Below the pieces are notes generated by a model. The model searched no databases. It was given only the letters and a program-made list of their open reading frames with translations, and had not been told where the DNA came from. Positions 52,651 to 64,000 of a stretch of DNA of 64,000 nt are shown here, piece by piece; position 1 is the stretch's first letter, and every line of letters begins with the position of its first letter. The translations under genes were made by a program, and so were the position numbers. Origin of the DNA: Macrostomum lignano (taxonomy: Eukaryota); contig NIVC01001483.1 in assembly GCA_002269645.1 (NCBI GenBank), positions 1 to 64,000 on the forward strand. The letters run 5' to 3'.

Positions 52651-54269
52651 CCTAAAGTGGTTAAACTTTAATACAGTTACTGAAATTAATGTTGTTGTAT
52701 TCTTCCTCTTGGCTTTTGCAACCATTTGTGCTGTTCCTGACCTGTGCATTTGCAATGTTAAAGAAGCAGAAAATTTTGTAAATAACATAGGTAATGGAAA
52801 TGAGTAACGGAAGTAACTTAAAGGTTACTGGGTTTTTGTACAAGTATAAAGTTACTAGGCTAACATAAATTACTTTTTAAAAAGGGGTAACTTAAATTAC
52901 AGTAATGCAAGTTACTTTTCTGAGTAACTTGCCCAACACTGTCCAGATTTTTCCTTTCCTAGTTGGGCTCTACCTTGTGTACCATTTCTCTATATTCTAT
53001 AAGTTATAAAAATATATTTTTAACTAAAATGATATTTCAATCAAGTAAGTTTAAGGTATAATATTTTATCTTAAAATAAAAAATGCTTATCTCAAAGCTT
53101 ATTTCAATGCTTTTGGAATTTATAGGGCATTTGTAACAATCATCATCTAACTCAAGTCAACTGGTAATTTTATACAGTTTTTTTTTTAATTTTCATTTCA
53201 GAAATAACACCTAGTTTCTGACAATTTTCATGAGAATGAGAAATTAAAACTTAGGACCAAACTATGTATTTTACATATTCTGAGTCTAAGTTCAACCAAG
53301 TTCAAGAAGTTTGACATAATAGTACATTAATACCCATGCTTTAAGTGCATTAATGGGAAAATCAGAAGGTGCCGTTAGGTACCCAAGGATTTCTCATTAA
53401 CACCTGCAAAGCATAGGTATTACTATTATTGTGCCATAGAAATTCGTGTCCTTGACAAAGTGGGACAAAATTAGTGGGCAATTAATGACATTAACTGCCT
53501 ACTAATTTGCATTAAAGTAAGTTTGAAATAGACAATTGGGCGTTAAATGTCATTAACTGCCCGCCAATTTGCATTAAAGTAATTTTGACTCCTGAAAGCG
53601 GGCTTAAATGTAGTCTATGGCATTAAAAGGCAAGAATAAGTGCCCAGCGGGCACAAAGGTAATGGTACAATACTTAATAAATGATAGTAGATAGACTAGA
53701 CAAGCACAACATTCACTAAACGATAAAAAATATGTAATGTAAACCTAATCATAATAAAGTAGGATAAAATGGTAATGTAGTACACAAGTTTATTACTTTG
53801 TCTTAAGGCCCAACACCGTTACACCCCTAGCCCTCCTAAGTCTTAATTACCAACCAATTCAATTGGTTTGTATTAAATTTAAAATGGAAGTCTTAGTAAC
53901 AATTAGAAAATAGCAATTATTAATTATTGTTAGAATGTATTTACAGTACATAACATAAAATTCAATTAACATAGAGCCTACCCGCCACCGCTTATAAAAC
54001 AATGCACAGCAGGACAGCAGGACAGGACCTTGTCCTTATCTTATAATTTATATTTCTAAGAAACAGTTGCGATTAAAATTTGCGTTTTGCAGTCTGAATA
54101 ACAAAACTATATTACATTTTTCTGAAATATTTATAGCATCCAACAAGTTACTTCTCGAACTTGAAAAACGCATACTAATGGCACTGATGAAAAACGAGTA
54201 AATGCCAAATTGTTTTTCGAACACATGCACGGGGGCCCACGACATTTGGCGCTTTTCATATATGTATGT

Positions 54270-54930
54270 CGTCATGCCTTACGGGAGCACGAGAAATGCC
54301 CGTAGACAAATTGCCCGCTGAGATTTGCACGCCGTGAATTTTGCCCGTGAGTGAATTGCCCTTGGTCGAAATTTTCCCGCCGAGAATTTCCCGCCGAAAT
54401 TTGCCGCAATATTTTTTTTCTGCAGTGAGTGCATTTAGCCACGCGGCAGATTTTGTCTGCATATTGCCTCCCCAGCAATGCTTAGTAAAGCTAATACAGA
54501 TTTACAGGATCAAGTTTTGATAGTAACTGCATGCATAACAAATGCGTATTCACGGACTACTTAAGTAGATCTACTAGTGGTCCTTGTGCGTATTTTGGGG
54601 GGGGGGGCAATGCAGACAGAAGCTAGCCTGTCAAATGCGCTGCAGGAAAAAGCATTATTGCGGGCAAACCTCAGCGGGAAAAAGCTCGGCGAGCAATTTC
54701 GCTCGCGAGCAAATTGCAATGCGCGGGCAGGCAAATCTCGATCGGCGGGCAATTCTCGGCGGCCAAATTAAATCTTCCACGGGCCATACGCTCACGGGCA
54801 AAATGCACTGCGGGCAAATCTCGGCGGGAAAGCTCGGTTGGTAAATCTCGTCGAGCAAATCTCCTACGGGCAAATCTCCTACGAGCAAATCGATCGGCGG
54901 GCATCGTCTGCTGGCATAAGGACCCCATGC
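54270..54930. mobile_element. Foldback-like element with inverted arms made of ~15-bp GCAAAT/CGGCGGG motifs
   Basis: The left arm repeats ATTTGCCCG-type motifs and the right arm repeats CGGGCAAAT-type motifs around an AT-rich spacer. A related fragment lies at about 57750-57800. Confidence 0.55.
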
Positions 54931-55021
54931 TACACGTCGGTATCTTCTAATAATAATTTGATTGACCATTCAGATGCCAACAAATAAGAACGACAAACTC
55001 CGGCGAGCACGAGAATTTTCC

Positions 55022-55439
55022 GGGGCCCATCACAAGCTCGAAAAATCACATCGTCGAAAAGTTTAGCAACCACCATCACAAGCTCGAAAAGTCATAAACT
55101 CAAAAAATCACATCGTCGAAAAGGAAGCAGTTAGGGTTTAGAGTAAGTTAGGGTTGGGGTTAGGGGTAGGTTTATTAAATTGAATGCAAAACTGAGCTGA
55201 ACTGAATTAAGGACATTTAAATTTGTCAACAATAAATCGCTGATGAAGGTATTTTTGGAATATTTAAATAATATTGCATGGTTAGTGCCTTAGGGTTTTG
55301 GTTCAAGAGGTTACGCTAGGGTACCGGTGCCTTAGGGTTAGTGCCTTGGGGTTAGGGTTAGAGCTTGTGACTTTTCGAGCTTGTGATGGAGCCAATTGTT
55401 TTCGACGATGTGATTTTTCGAGCTTATGATGGCGACCCC
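55022..55439. mobile_element. MITE (~420 bp) with ~40-bp TIRs and internal TTAGGG-like repeats
   Basis: CCATCACAAGCTCGAAAAATCACATCGTCGAAAA at the left end and its near-perfect complement at 55400-55439. Several TTAGGG/TTGGGG motifs inside. Confidence 0.8.
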
Positions 55440-55789
55440 ACATGTATATGTATCTCTGCCATCATGCATACATGCATGCTTTGCCCGCAGTGCACTTTTT
55501 ACATGTATAAATTCCTTCACGAAATTTAGCTCTTACATTATTAATAAAATATTTCCCAATTGGTGAAAATATCTGATCTCTCATTTCGAAACCGCATGTC
55601 AACTTTTTTCTATACTCAGCAACAGTCAAAAGTTCCACCATCCAAATTGCGAAAACTTTTCACTCACAATTCAACCCTCAAGTTACGCAACTAAGCCGCC
55701 GCGAGGAAGGGAAAGTTGTTGTGTTTTGTGCGTTGATTCAGCGCTGAACCGAAGGCTGTTATAACAAGAGCATAGCTTAAGTTGAATGT

Positions 55790-56460
55790 ATATTTTGTTT
55801 GTATCAGATTAAACATGCCTTTTGAGGGAGTTATATATTTACCGACCTCAAACCCATATAATATCTTATACATATAAATCACGAGGGCCTGAGGCCCGAG
55901 GGATTTATGAAAATAACTCCCGAAAAAGGCATGTGTAATCTCGTATAGACAATAGACATAAAGGGCCGTATGCAGAAAGCCTAGTCCAGACTAGCTAGTC
56001 CGGACTTGGGTAGTTCAGTCTATAGTCTATGGTCCAGCTAGCATAGTTCTGCTATAGTAGACTGGTCTAACTTTGTGTTTCTGCATACCAAATCCAAGTC
56101 CAGACTAGCTTTTCAAGACCGGACTACCCTAGACAGAGCTTTCTGCATACGGCCCAAAGACTTTACGGGATATTATTGAATATTACCAAATAAAATCCCG
56201 GAGAACGCAAATATTGTCACGGAAAGTCTTTATTTCTATGGATTATGTATCAGATTAAACATGCCTTTTGAGGGAGTTATTTGTATAAATCACGAGGGCC
56301 TGAGGCCCGAGGGATTTATGAAAATAACTCCCGAAAAAGGCATGTTTAATCTCGTATAAACCATAGACATAAATACTTTACGGGATATTATTGAACATTA
56401 CCAAATAAAATCCCGGAGAACGCAAATATTGTCACGTAAAGTCTTTATTTCTATGGATTA
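55790..56460. repeat. Tandemly duplicated palindromic unit inside the Tc1 element
   Basis: Each unit folds: AGATTAAACATGCCTTTT-GAGGGAGTTAT pairs with ATAACTCCC-GAAAAAGGCATGT(G/T)TAATCT around GAGGGCCTGAGGCCCGAG. Two copies, starting at about 55800 and 56245. Confidence 0.75.
55963..56155. mobile_element. PIF/Harbinger-like MITE (193 bp), 3-bp TSD AAA
   Basis: 18-bp TIR GGGCCGTATGCAGAAAGC / GCTTTCTGCATACGGCCC. The empty site is visible in the sister tandem copy at about 56365. Confidence 0.8.
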
Positions 56461-57288
56461 TAACGATATAAGTAACGGCAAGCCTTTATAGAGTCCGAGT
56501 CAGTCGGTAGCTGTTTGGGACACAGACAAATAAGTTAAAGCTGGGGCAACGACTGAAAATAAAAGTACATTGGATTCGGATCGGTATACAACAAAAGTTG
56601 ATTGAATATCGATCAATACTCGTAGTAAACGTCAGTCGCACAAAATCATAAAAATTTTATGCAATATTCAGTTAGAATCGCGATGCGTGTGGGATCCCCT
56701 CGCACGCAGAAGTGCGACGACTCTGCGGGGAATCCCAAGGATGAGGCAGCGCAAGAAGTCCTGAGGGAGCTGCTGCCAAAGCGTTTTCAATGGCATGACG
56801 CAGAGCTCTCCGCAACATTTCATGATGGATTCTCTTTTCGAATGCTACGTTTTAGGAAGTCCCAGGCATGCTCGATGGGATCCATGTCTGGGGACCGGGA
56901 AGGCCAGCGCAGAGTGCGCAGCTGTTCCTTCAGTTGACTAACAGCATCGGCTCGGTGTGGCGGGGCGTTGTTCCTGGGCTTGGGTCTGCTTAATGTCCAG
57001 GCCTGGACCATAAGCAGACCCAAGCCACCCCAAGCGGCAATAAGCTTTGCGCGTGCCGTAGGTTGCGTCACTCGCAATAAGTGAAAAAAATCATCCCGCT
57101 TAGTGGGGTAGAACTTTTGACTGTTGCTGAGTATAATTCAGGAGTGGGTCAGGGCTTTTATTACATGTACCATGTCCCGAAGTTGGAACAGCGGGATGGC
57201 GCGGACGCCCATTCCGATAGTCCATGAACGGCTGATGCATACATCGCTATATATGGTGTAGATATCTAGTGTACATATAGTGTACATA

Positions 57289-57701
57289 CTCAGCAACAGC
57301 TAACCCCCCCCCCCCAACTCACGCTGTCACACGACCCAAAAGTTTTGTATGCCATCGGTGACTCGGAAGCAGCTCGGCATTCGCACATTGAACTGGCCGT
57401 CAAAGTCTCCAGACATGAACCCCATCGAGCATGTCTGGGACTTTGTAAAGCGAAGAGTTCAGCAGGATGCCCCACAGAATGCTGAACAGTTGCGACTGGC
57501 GGTCGGTGCTGAATGCCTGGCAGCAGCTGCCCCAAGAGTTCATCAACCGGCTGGTGATCAGGATGCCACGACGAGTCACGGCACTTTTGCATGCTCGTGG
57601 TTCCTACACACGATACTGAGACTAGAATTAAAGACATTGCTTAACTTTTGTGCCCGTGTGACAGCGTGAGTTGGGGGGGGGGGGGGTTAGCTGTTGCTGA
57701 G
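57289..57701 (+). mobile_element. Second Tc1-like deletion derivative (413 bp)
   Basis: ~45-bp TIRs CTCAGCAACAGCTAACCCC..AACTCACGCTGTCACACG flanked by TA. Remnant LNWPSKSPDMNPIEHVWDFVKRRV. Confidence 0.9.
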
Positions 57702-59643
57702 TATATATAGTGTACATATCTCAGCAGGGGATACATGTACATGTAGTAGAAAACTCTCCCGCGGGAGAATCTCGGCGGGCAATTTGCCTGCGACAAAATG
57801 AAATAGCGTGCTCTTCATATTTACTTTTTAACTTTATATACATGTACGTATATCAATATATTACATGTACGTACAGTATGTATGCATGTACATTTGCCAA
57901 CGTTGATCGATGTCTAACGCGACGTCGCTGACAAATATGTGCTTTTACATCGCATGGACAGATAACGTCGTCATTCGTTAGCTGATCGTCCGTGGAATGT
58001 AAAAATGTGTAAAAATGCCAATGCATGACGTCGTCAGACGTCAGGAGTTTCTCAGCCAATCTGATTGCTGTACGACGGGTATTAGTTTTGCGCAACACAA
58101 TGTCGCGACTCTTAGTCATTTCTTCAGTTCATCTGTGTACTTGACTCTGTTCTTACGATGTTTTACATGTACATCTCCCTCTGTCTATACGTCAATCTTT
58201 TTCTCTTTCCATTGACATAAATACATGTGTACCCCCACCCGGCCTAGTCCGGTCTGGGCAGGCCAGCCAAACTCTCAAACCAATCAGATCACCAGAACTC
58301 TAGGTGGCGTGCAAGCCGCGGATACACATCACGGCCCCCCCCCTCGAAAAAGCAATGAGAAGCAATGCATGGGGAACACAACAGTCCATAGAATGCACAC
58401 AGTCAAAAGTTATTCAGTTCGCCAATCAACTCGGGCTAAACCGGACCGGAGCTCTTCTTGTTCGGCCGCTTCGTCTCAGCGGAGTCAACGGCGTCTCATT
58501 CACCAGCGCCCTTGCTTGCACCTATTCCGGCATCGGGCGTGTTGCTATCCGCTGACGATGTACTCGGAATGCGAATCAGGTTGCCAGAGTGCCATCGCGT
58601 GCCATCGTCTAGCAGCCAGGACTCCGGGCCCAGCCGCCGGGTGATCCTTCGAGTCTCGCCGAGCCTTGTCGCCGTCTGTGACTTGCAGACGCGCACGGAG
58701 TCGCCAGCCTACAGTCGCGAGAGTCGGGCTCCTCCTCGGCGCCGATCGGTGCCCAGCCTGGCCTTCTCGACTCCTTGTTGGCCTGGACTCGATGCTCGGT
58801 CCCCGATGGCGCCGTTGGAATCAGGGGCGGATGCCTCGGCCCACTGGCTCAGAGGTCCTCGAAACGGCAGACCGATCATCAGCTCAGCCGGCGTTAGGCC
58901 CGTGGTTGCACTCGCTGTCGGCTGGTAGCAGTGCAGGAACTCGCAGATTACCTCCTTGAAGCTGATGCCGTTCTTGAGGTGCGCCTTCAGCGACTCCTTC
59001 GGAGTGCGTTTGAGGCGCTGGACTTTTGAGTTTGACTGAAGGTGGTATAGCGAGGTCCTGGAATGCTTCATGCCGTGGCTGGAAAGAAACTCCTCGAAGG
59101 CGTGAACTGCGGCCCGTTGTCGGTCACGATCTTGCCTGGCAGTCCCCATCGAGCGAACAGGTCCTTGAGGAAGTCGGCGATGACCTCGACCGTCACCGAA
59201 GCCGTAGCCCGAATCTCTGGCCACTTGGAGTGCAGGTCAATGGCAACGATTGCAAATCGGCTATTGGCCGGCTCTTCGTGGATCTCGCCGAAGATGTCCA
59301 GCTGAATCGTGTGCCAGGCTCTTTGGGCCACTCGGTCGTCTGCGATGGAACAGCAGGTCGCTTCCACTTCTCCGCCAAGCAGCAGCTGACGCAGGACTTG
59401 GCCAGATCCTCCAGCTGGGTGTCGATTCCCGGCCACCAGACCGAATCGCGAGCTCGGTGCTTCATCTTGATGATGCCGCAATGTCCCTGGTGGATCAGCG
59501 CTAGCGCCGACCGTTTATATCTTGTCTCGGAGCTTAATACTCGACGCTGAAGTTGTACTGCAGGAGCCGGTCGTTCCATTGGTGGATGCGCCGCAGCTTG
59601 TGTCCGGTGCCTTGGGTACACAACAGTGCCTTGAGAGCCGAAT

Positions 59644-59953
59644 ATATATATATATGACTTTTATAGGTAGAGATAGCGACGCAGAGAGAAGCACAGACAA
59701 AGAGACATCTAGCTAGTCTTTGCGCGGACGCGTTCGCAGAACAACCGAGAAGGGCAAGTCATAGCGGACTGGGGGCTGAGTCCGATGGCCTGCAAGTCAG
59801 TCAAAAACGTATCATATAGCGTCACAGTTCGGCCTTGTCCACGGCGCAGGCGCTCAGTGGGCTGATGCAGGAGAGCCAGCGCCAGAGGATTTTGCTCGCC
59901 GCGGCCGTAGCTTCTTAGGCAATGGCCAAGTAACATCTGTCGGTTTGTTCGGC
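59644..59953 (-). mobile_element. 5'-truncated RTE-like LINE 3' end with (AT)n tail, inserted in the gypsy RNase H with a 12-bp TSD
   Basis: TGAGAGCCGAAT is duplicated at 59632-59643 and 59954-59965. The insert encodes LLGHCLR..NPL..LLHQP..RRGQGR..YDTFLTDL (RTE-like ORF C-terminus). Removing it restores TDHSALKALLCTQGTGHKL. Confidence 0.85.
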
Positions 59954-61810
59954 TGAGAGCCGAATGGTCAGTGCGCAAAGTCAGCCGTCTGCCGTAGGTG
60001 TAGATGTGCCAGCGCTCGAGAGCCCAGATGCACGCCAGGGCCTCTTTCTCGCTAGCTGAGTATCTGGACTCCGTTGGCGCCAGTGCTCGCGAACGTAGGC
60101 CACCGGCTTCTCTGACTCGCCTATGCGTTATGCGTTGAAGCAGCACCGGGCCAAGAACGAAGTCAGACGCGTCGCACTCGAAGATCGTGTCAGCGTTGCA
60201 GTCGAAGTGGCTTAGCACCGACGGGCTCGTCAGCTGTTGCTTGAGCTCGGCGAAAGCGGCGTCACTAGTAGAGCCCGCAGTGAGTGATGAACGCCGTCAG
60301 CTGCCTACTGCCGGGGTTCAGTGGGATCTGCAGGTAGTTTTGCTTCAGGTCCAGCTTGCTGAAGATCTGCGCGCCTGCAAACTGCTGCCAGCTCCTCTGG
60401 GGTCGGCACGGGAAACTTATCCAGGTTGATCGCTTGGTTGCAGTTGCGCAGATCAACGCACAGTAGCAGGTCGCCATTCTTCTTCTTGGATGCGACTAGA
60501 TTGGACACCCAAGGAGGGCATCGATCTTCTCGATGACACCTGCGGCCTACGTCTTGCTTAGCTCGTCCTTCACGTGGCCCTGACGTGCGAGCGGCACCCG
60601 GTGCAGCGGTTCAACTGTCGGTATCGCATCCTGGCGCAGCTGTGATCGGTGGCAAAACTTCTTGGCCATACCGATGCTGCTGATTGCGTTGACTCGGTTG
60701 ACTCAGCTTGTCCATGCCGTCGAGACCGAGGCTGTTGGGACCTCGTCGTGTGATGAAAGAAGCAGCAGACAGCGGGCATGCCGCGGTGCACAACGCACAG
60801 CTCGGCGGTCCCGAGCACGTCAATTGCAGAGCCTGTGTATGAGAACAGCTGCTTTGAAGTCGGCGTGATGACCGGTTGTTTTGGCAGGCGTTGCACGGTC
60901 TTCTCGTTGATTATATTGACTTTTGACCCCGTGTCCAATAGGAGCCTGACGTCGACGTCAGCATCGAGAAGTTAAAGAGCGACGTTTCATATTCTACTGC
61001 AGACACTTCGAATGGCTCGTCGTCTTCGTCCTTTACGGTGTGAACCTGGCGTCGCTGTCGGCAGCAAACTTTGAAGCGTCCGACTTTGTGGCAGTGCAAG
61101 CAGGTCTTGTCCTTCGCTGGACACTCTAAGGCGCAGGCGGCGTGCCCGGCCCTCCCGCAGTTGCCGCACCGTGTCTCTGCGCCGGATTTCTGCGGTGCCG
61201 CATGCTTGGGTCCCTTGTGTGATGGCGTACGCTGGCTGAATTTCTGGATGAGGGACTCCTCCTTGTCGCTCTTGCCGTCGCGCAGCTTCTTGGCGTCGTT
61301 GATTGTAGATTCGACCTGAATCGCCAATGCCATCACCCTATCCAGCTCAAGCTCCTTCATGAGCATTCACTTTCGGTGCGCGAGTAATGGGTCTTCTCCA
61401 TGATGGTCCCACGGATCATCTGGCCACGGAGAGAGCCGTATTCGCTGTCTGCTGCGATCGAGTTCTCGGAGGGCGTCGACGAACTGGCTGACTGCATGGT
61501 TCGCCTGGCATCTGGGCGCGCGACTTGAACCTGCAGCCGTTGCTGATTGTGCTGTGCGACTGACCAAAGATCGTTTTCAGTGCAGCCACCAGCTTGTCAA
61601 AAGTATCAACGCTCGTCGCCGGCAGATTCCTCAACAGATAGATGAGAATCGCCTTTTTGTGTGCATCCGATGCTTCATTTAGGTTCATGGCCTTCAGGTA
61701 AATGTTGAATCCTTCGATCCAACGATTCCGACAGCCGCGATTCAAAGTGTGGCTGTCCTGGGCGGGCGAGAAACACGTCGCGTGGCTCGTAAATCCCATC
61801 CTCGTCGCTA

Positions 61811-62082
61811 TGTTGTACTTTGGGGCAGTGTGGCCAAATTAAGTGAATACTAGAGGCGATGGCAGGGTACGTAGAAAAGGTTACAAATGCTTGAAAGGCT
61901 AAAAGTACTTATATTTATAGATAAACATAACTATCATAATTCAGCAAAACGAATCCCTCACCCCTCACCTAGCCTATAGGCCTGTCTGGGCAGGCAGCCA
62001 AACTCCCCAGCCAATTAGACGCAAGCCAATCAAGTGCGCAAGACTGCATGAGCCACAAGCCTTACATGTACATTGTCTGACA
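61811..62082 (-). repeat. 5' LTR of the gypsy element (272 bp)
   Basis: TG...CA termini on the minus strand, directly upstream of the PBS. Confidence 0.7.
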
Positions 62083-63825
62083 CTGCCCTAACCTTCGCTT
62101 TATTAGCTTCCGCTTTTTTGTGGAAGATTTGCTTTTTAATAAGAATATAGAAGAAATTTATTACTTTTTTAAGTACTCGAAAAGCGCTTGCATCGGAGAG
62201 AAAAACAACTGGCTACCTTGATCCACTCGTCTCGACCAAAGCTAATCAAGCAGACCAGCCGGCCTCATACTCAAAGGACTGTAACAAAGCTGATCGAGGT
62301 TTAAGAGCTAAGCCAGCAGCCTGAGAATGAGAAACACAGATGACTCGCAACAAATGCTTTGAGGGGGTGATGGTTGCCCAACAATGGCACAGAGAAAAAC
62401 TTCGTGAGCGCCTACCCTACCCGTTCAAACTCTTCATTGCTTTGTATTGCAGTTATATAATAAAACTAAAAACCTGTTATAAATGACAATACAAACATAG
62501 ATTATTCATGTACGCTCGTAGCCATCAACGCCTTCGTCACACTAGTATCTTCAAGGGCACGTACTTCAAGAAGTCAACCAAGCCATATTAATACTCGTAC
62601 GTTTGAATCCTCATAATTGGAATAAGAGATGAACAGTCCAGAAAAATTCAGCTCTCAATCAATAGTCAATAGTCTCGAACTCTGAGTTGCATGGTGCTCC
62701 GCTCGCTAGTACATGTAGGCCATTATATTCATTCATTGCATGCGAGCTATGTATTTTCCTTGTTGCAAGTTTTGGTTCATATTAGTTATGTCTACGCAGG
62801 GTACCCTTAACATGTCATACATAGTGTGCTCTGGCAAGCACTCTTCTGGAACTTCAAATATGCGTATGTGCCTATTCCACGTGCGTCCATTATTTTTGTA
62901 CCTTTGGATAAATAAACGATCAAAAGCTCAGCAGCGAGGAAAAGCGTATATTGTAGTGCCTGTAGTAGTGTTGTAGGGGAGATCATTAGGAAACATTAGG
63001 AAAAAGGATGCTATTGAATAATCGGATTTTAGGTTGATTAACATGCAGCGCTAGATAAATAGAAAGTAAAATAGGAGTCACATAAAAAAATGTTGACAGA
63101 AAAAACTACGAACTTTTTAGCCGCTCAGCAATAACGCAGAGAAAAAATTATAATCAGACGTCGCCCTTTAAAACATATTGAATAAGACAACATTGATTTG
63201 GAAATTTCTATTCTGCATATTGCGATGCATTTTAAACTCTAAATTTAGATAAATTCACAAATATCCTGTTAAGCGCCCCGGTTAATTGTACAGCAGCCTA
63301 TATGCTTTTTGATTATCTAATAGTTTCAACCATTGTGTATGGTCCTTGGGTAAGGACATAGACTAAAACGTACCTAGAAGTGTTTAATTTGACTATTACT
63401 AAATTTTCAATACGATGGACAAAAAGTAGAACTTATGTAAGTTAGCAAGGCATGCGTCTCCTGCATGTGCCTGCACTGTTTCGGGTAATCAGATAATCAG
63501 ATAAACTGCTAAACGGGTAATCATTGCTAGAAAGCAAAAACGGCGGAAAATGGCTATAGCTAGGCAATAATAAGAGCTAGCTATAACATGCTTATTCTTT
63601 TACGAGTAACATAGGAATATCACGCAACTTATCTAAAGAAACTGAGCCAGCAACGCTATATAAGGAGACAAGAAATAATTTTACGATTTTTTTTCTGTTC
63701 GTAAAAACAAACCTAATTTCGCCTAAGAATATTTTTCCATTCGTCAAAAAATTCAATAAGGGTAATGTTTTGCATAGTATCGGATTCGCAGATTGGTTAT
63801 ATCGTCACAGGTTATCCTCCGGGAA

Positions 63826-64000
63826 TCACACCAGGAAATCATGTTCCATAAGCTCCGTTGCCGACTTTCTCTGATTACGGTTTTTGAAGGTACAGAATTT
63901 GTAAAATTCAGAGAGCTCAGCTGAGCAGCTTGTCGGTAGAGCAGGAGCGCCTTCATTTATCTTTTTTCCAATTCCAAACATGCTTTTTATGTCGTCGAAC
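63826..64000 (-). CDS. 3' end of a Ser/Thr protein kinase gene (subdomains X-XI, STE/MAP3K-like), running off the window edge
   Basis: Open minus-strand frame FDDIKSMFGIGKKINEGAPALPTSCSAELSEFYKFCTFKNRNQRKSATELMEHDFLV*. This matches the 'MFxIG..P.LP...S.E...F...C...R.SA.EL..H.FL' kinase C-lobe pattern. It is not in the ORF track. Confidence 0.75.
   Translation of the reverse strand, partial: FDDIKSMFGIGKKINEGAPALPTSCSAELSEFYKFCTFKNRNQRKSATELMEHDFLV

Larger units (their letters stand above)
51425..52941. mobile_element. Probable non-autonomous hAT-like element with GTAAC/GTTAC subterminal motifs, hosting nested MITEs
   Basis: Right end AGTAACTTGCCCAACACTG (reverse complement CAGTGTTGGGC), degenerate left end CAATGTTGGTC, and clusters of GTAAC motifs near both ends. 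No exact TSD. Confidence 0.5.
55615..57131 (-). mobile_element. Deleted Tc1-like transposon with nested insertions
   Basis: Perfect 21-bp TIR CTCAGCAACAGTCAAAAGTTC flanked by TA at both ends. Minus-strand remnant LRWPSRSPDMDPIEHAWDFLKR (the Tc1 WPxxSPDLNPIE motif). Confidence 0.9.
58101..62082 (-). mobile_element. Degenerate Ty3/gypsy (Mag-like) LTR retrotransposon: gag-PR-RT-RH-INT order, many deletions and frameshifts
   Basis: PBS TAGCGACGAGG directly before the gag ATG at 61799. Two CCHC-like knuckles (CGNCGRAGH, CLHCHKVG). Protease LLDTGS. RT LCVDLR and FSKLDL (YxDD region deleted). RNase H CDAS, YSASEKEALAC and TDHSAL. Integrase HQGHCG..VWWPGI..C..C, DLHSKWPE and TDNGPQF. PPT-like G-run at about 58335-58345. 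Confidence 0.9.

Noticed and set aside
59644-59715. TATAAAAG-containing segment first read as an internal LTR remnant
   Set aside because: Explained as the 3' UTR and tail of the RTE-like insertion bounded by the 12-bp TSD
63845-63880. EKVGNGAYGT, a kinase Gly-loop lookalike
   Set aside because: Lies in an alternative frame that stops immediately; the overlapping frame fits subdomain XI far better

Overview
This is eukaryotic (animal) genomic DNA with spliced genes and dense tandem repeats. GC-rich exons, GT-AG introns packed with minisatellites, an invertebrate muscle light chain and TTAGGG motifs fit a free-living flatworm such as Macrostomum (inference, not verified). Host genes: PGRMC/MAPR (973-3363, +, one apparent 1-nt frameshift); myosin regulatory light chain (22711-24827, +); Fe65/APBB adaptor (27799-33549, -, 5' end unresolved); GRAF-type BAR-PH-RhoGAP-SH3 (40782-49032, -); and the last exon of an STE-like kinase at the right edge (-). 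Between 10 and 21.5 kb is a cluster of intronless secreted lectin-like genes: two convergent paralogues (one with two C-type lectin domains plus a ConA/LamG-like domain, one lacking the C-type domains) and two broken copies. The paralogues have near-identical promoters and a hypervariable core, and both sit behind the same 29-bp minisatellite. Three different minisatellites in three Fe65 introns are each built around an RGGTCA-N4-AGGTCA (DR4) nuclear-receptor element, roughly 75 copies in about 6 kb. The rest is TE debris: mariner, Tc1, hAT and Harbinger MITEs, a CORE-like SINE, LINE fragments and a decayed Ty3/gypsy. No CRISPR, rRNA or genuine tRNA genes were found. All coordinates and copy counts were read by eye.
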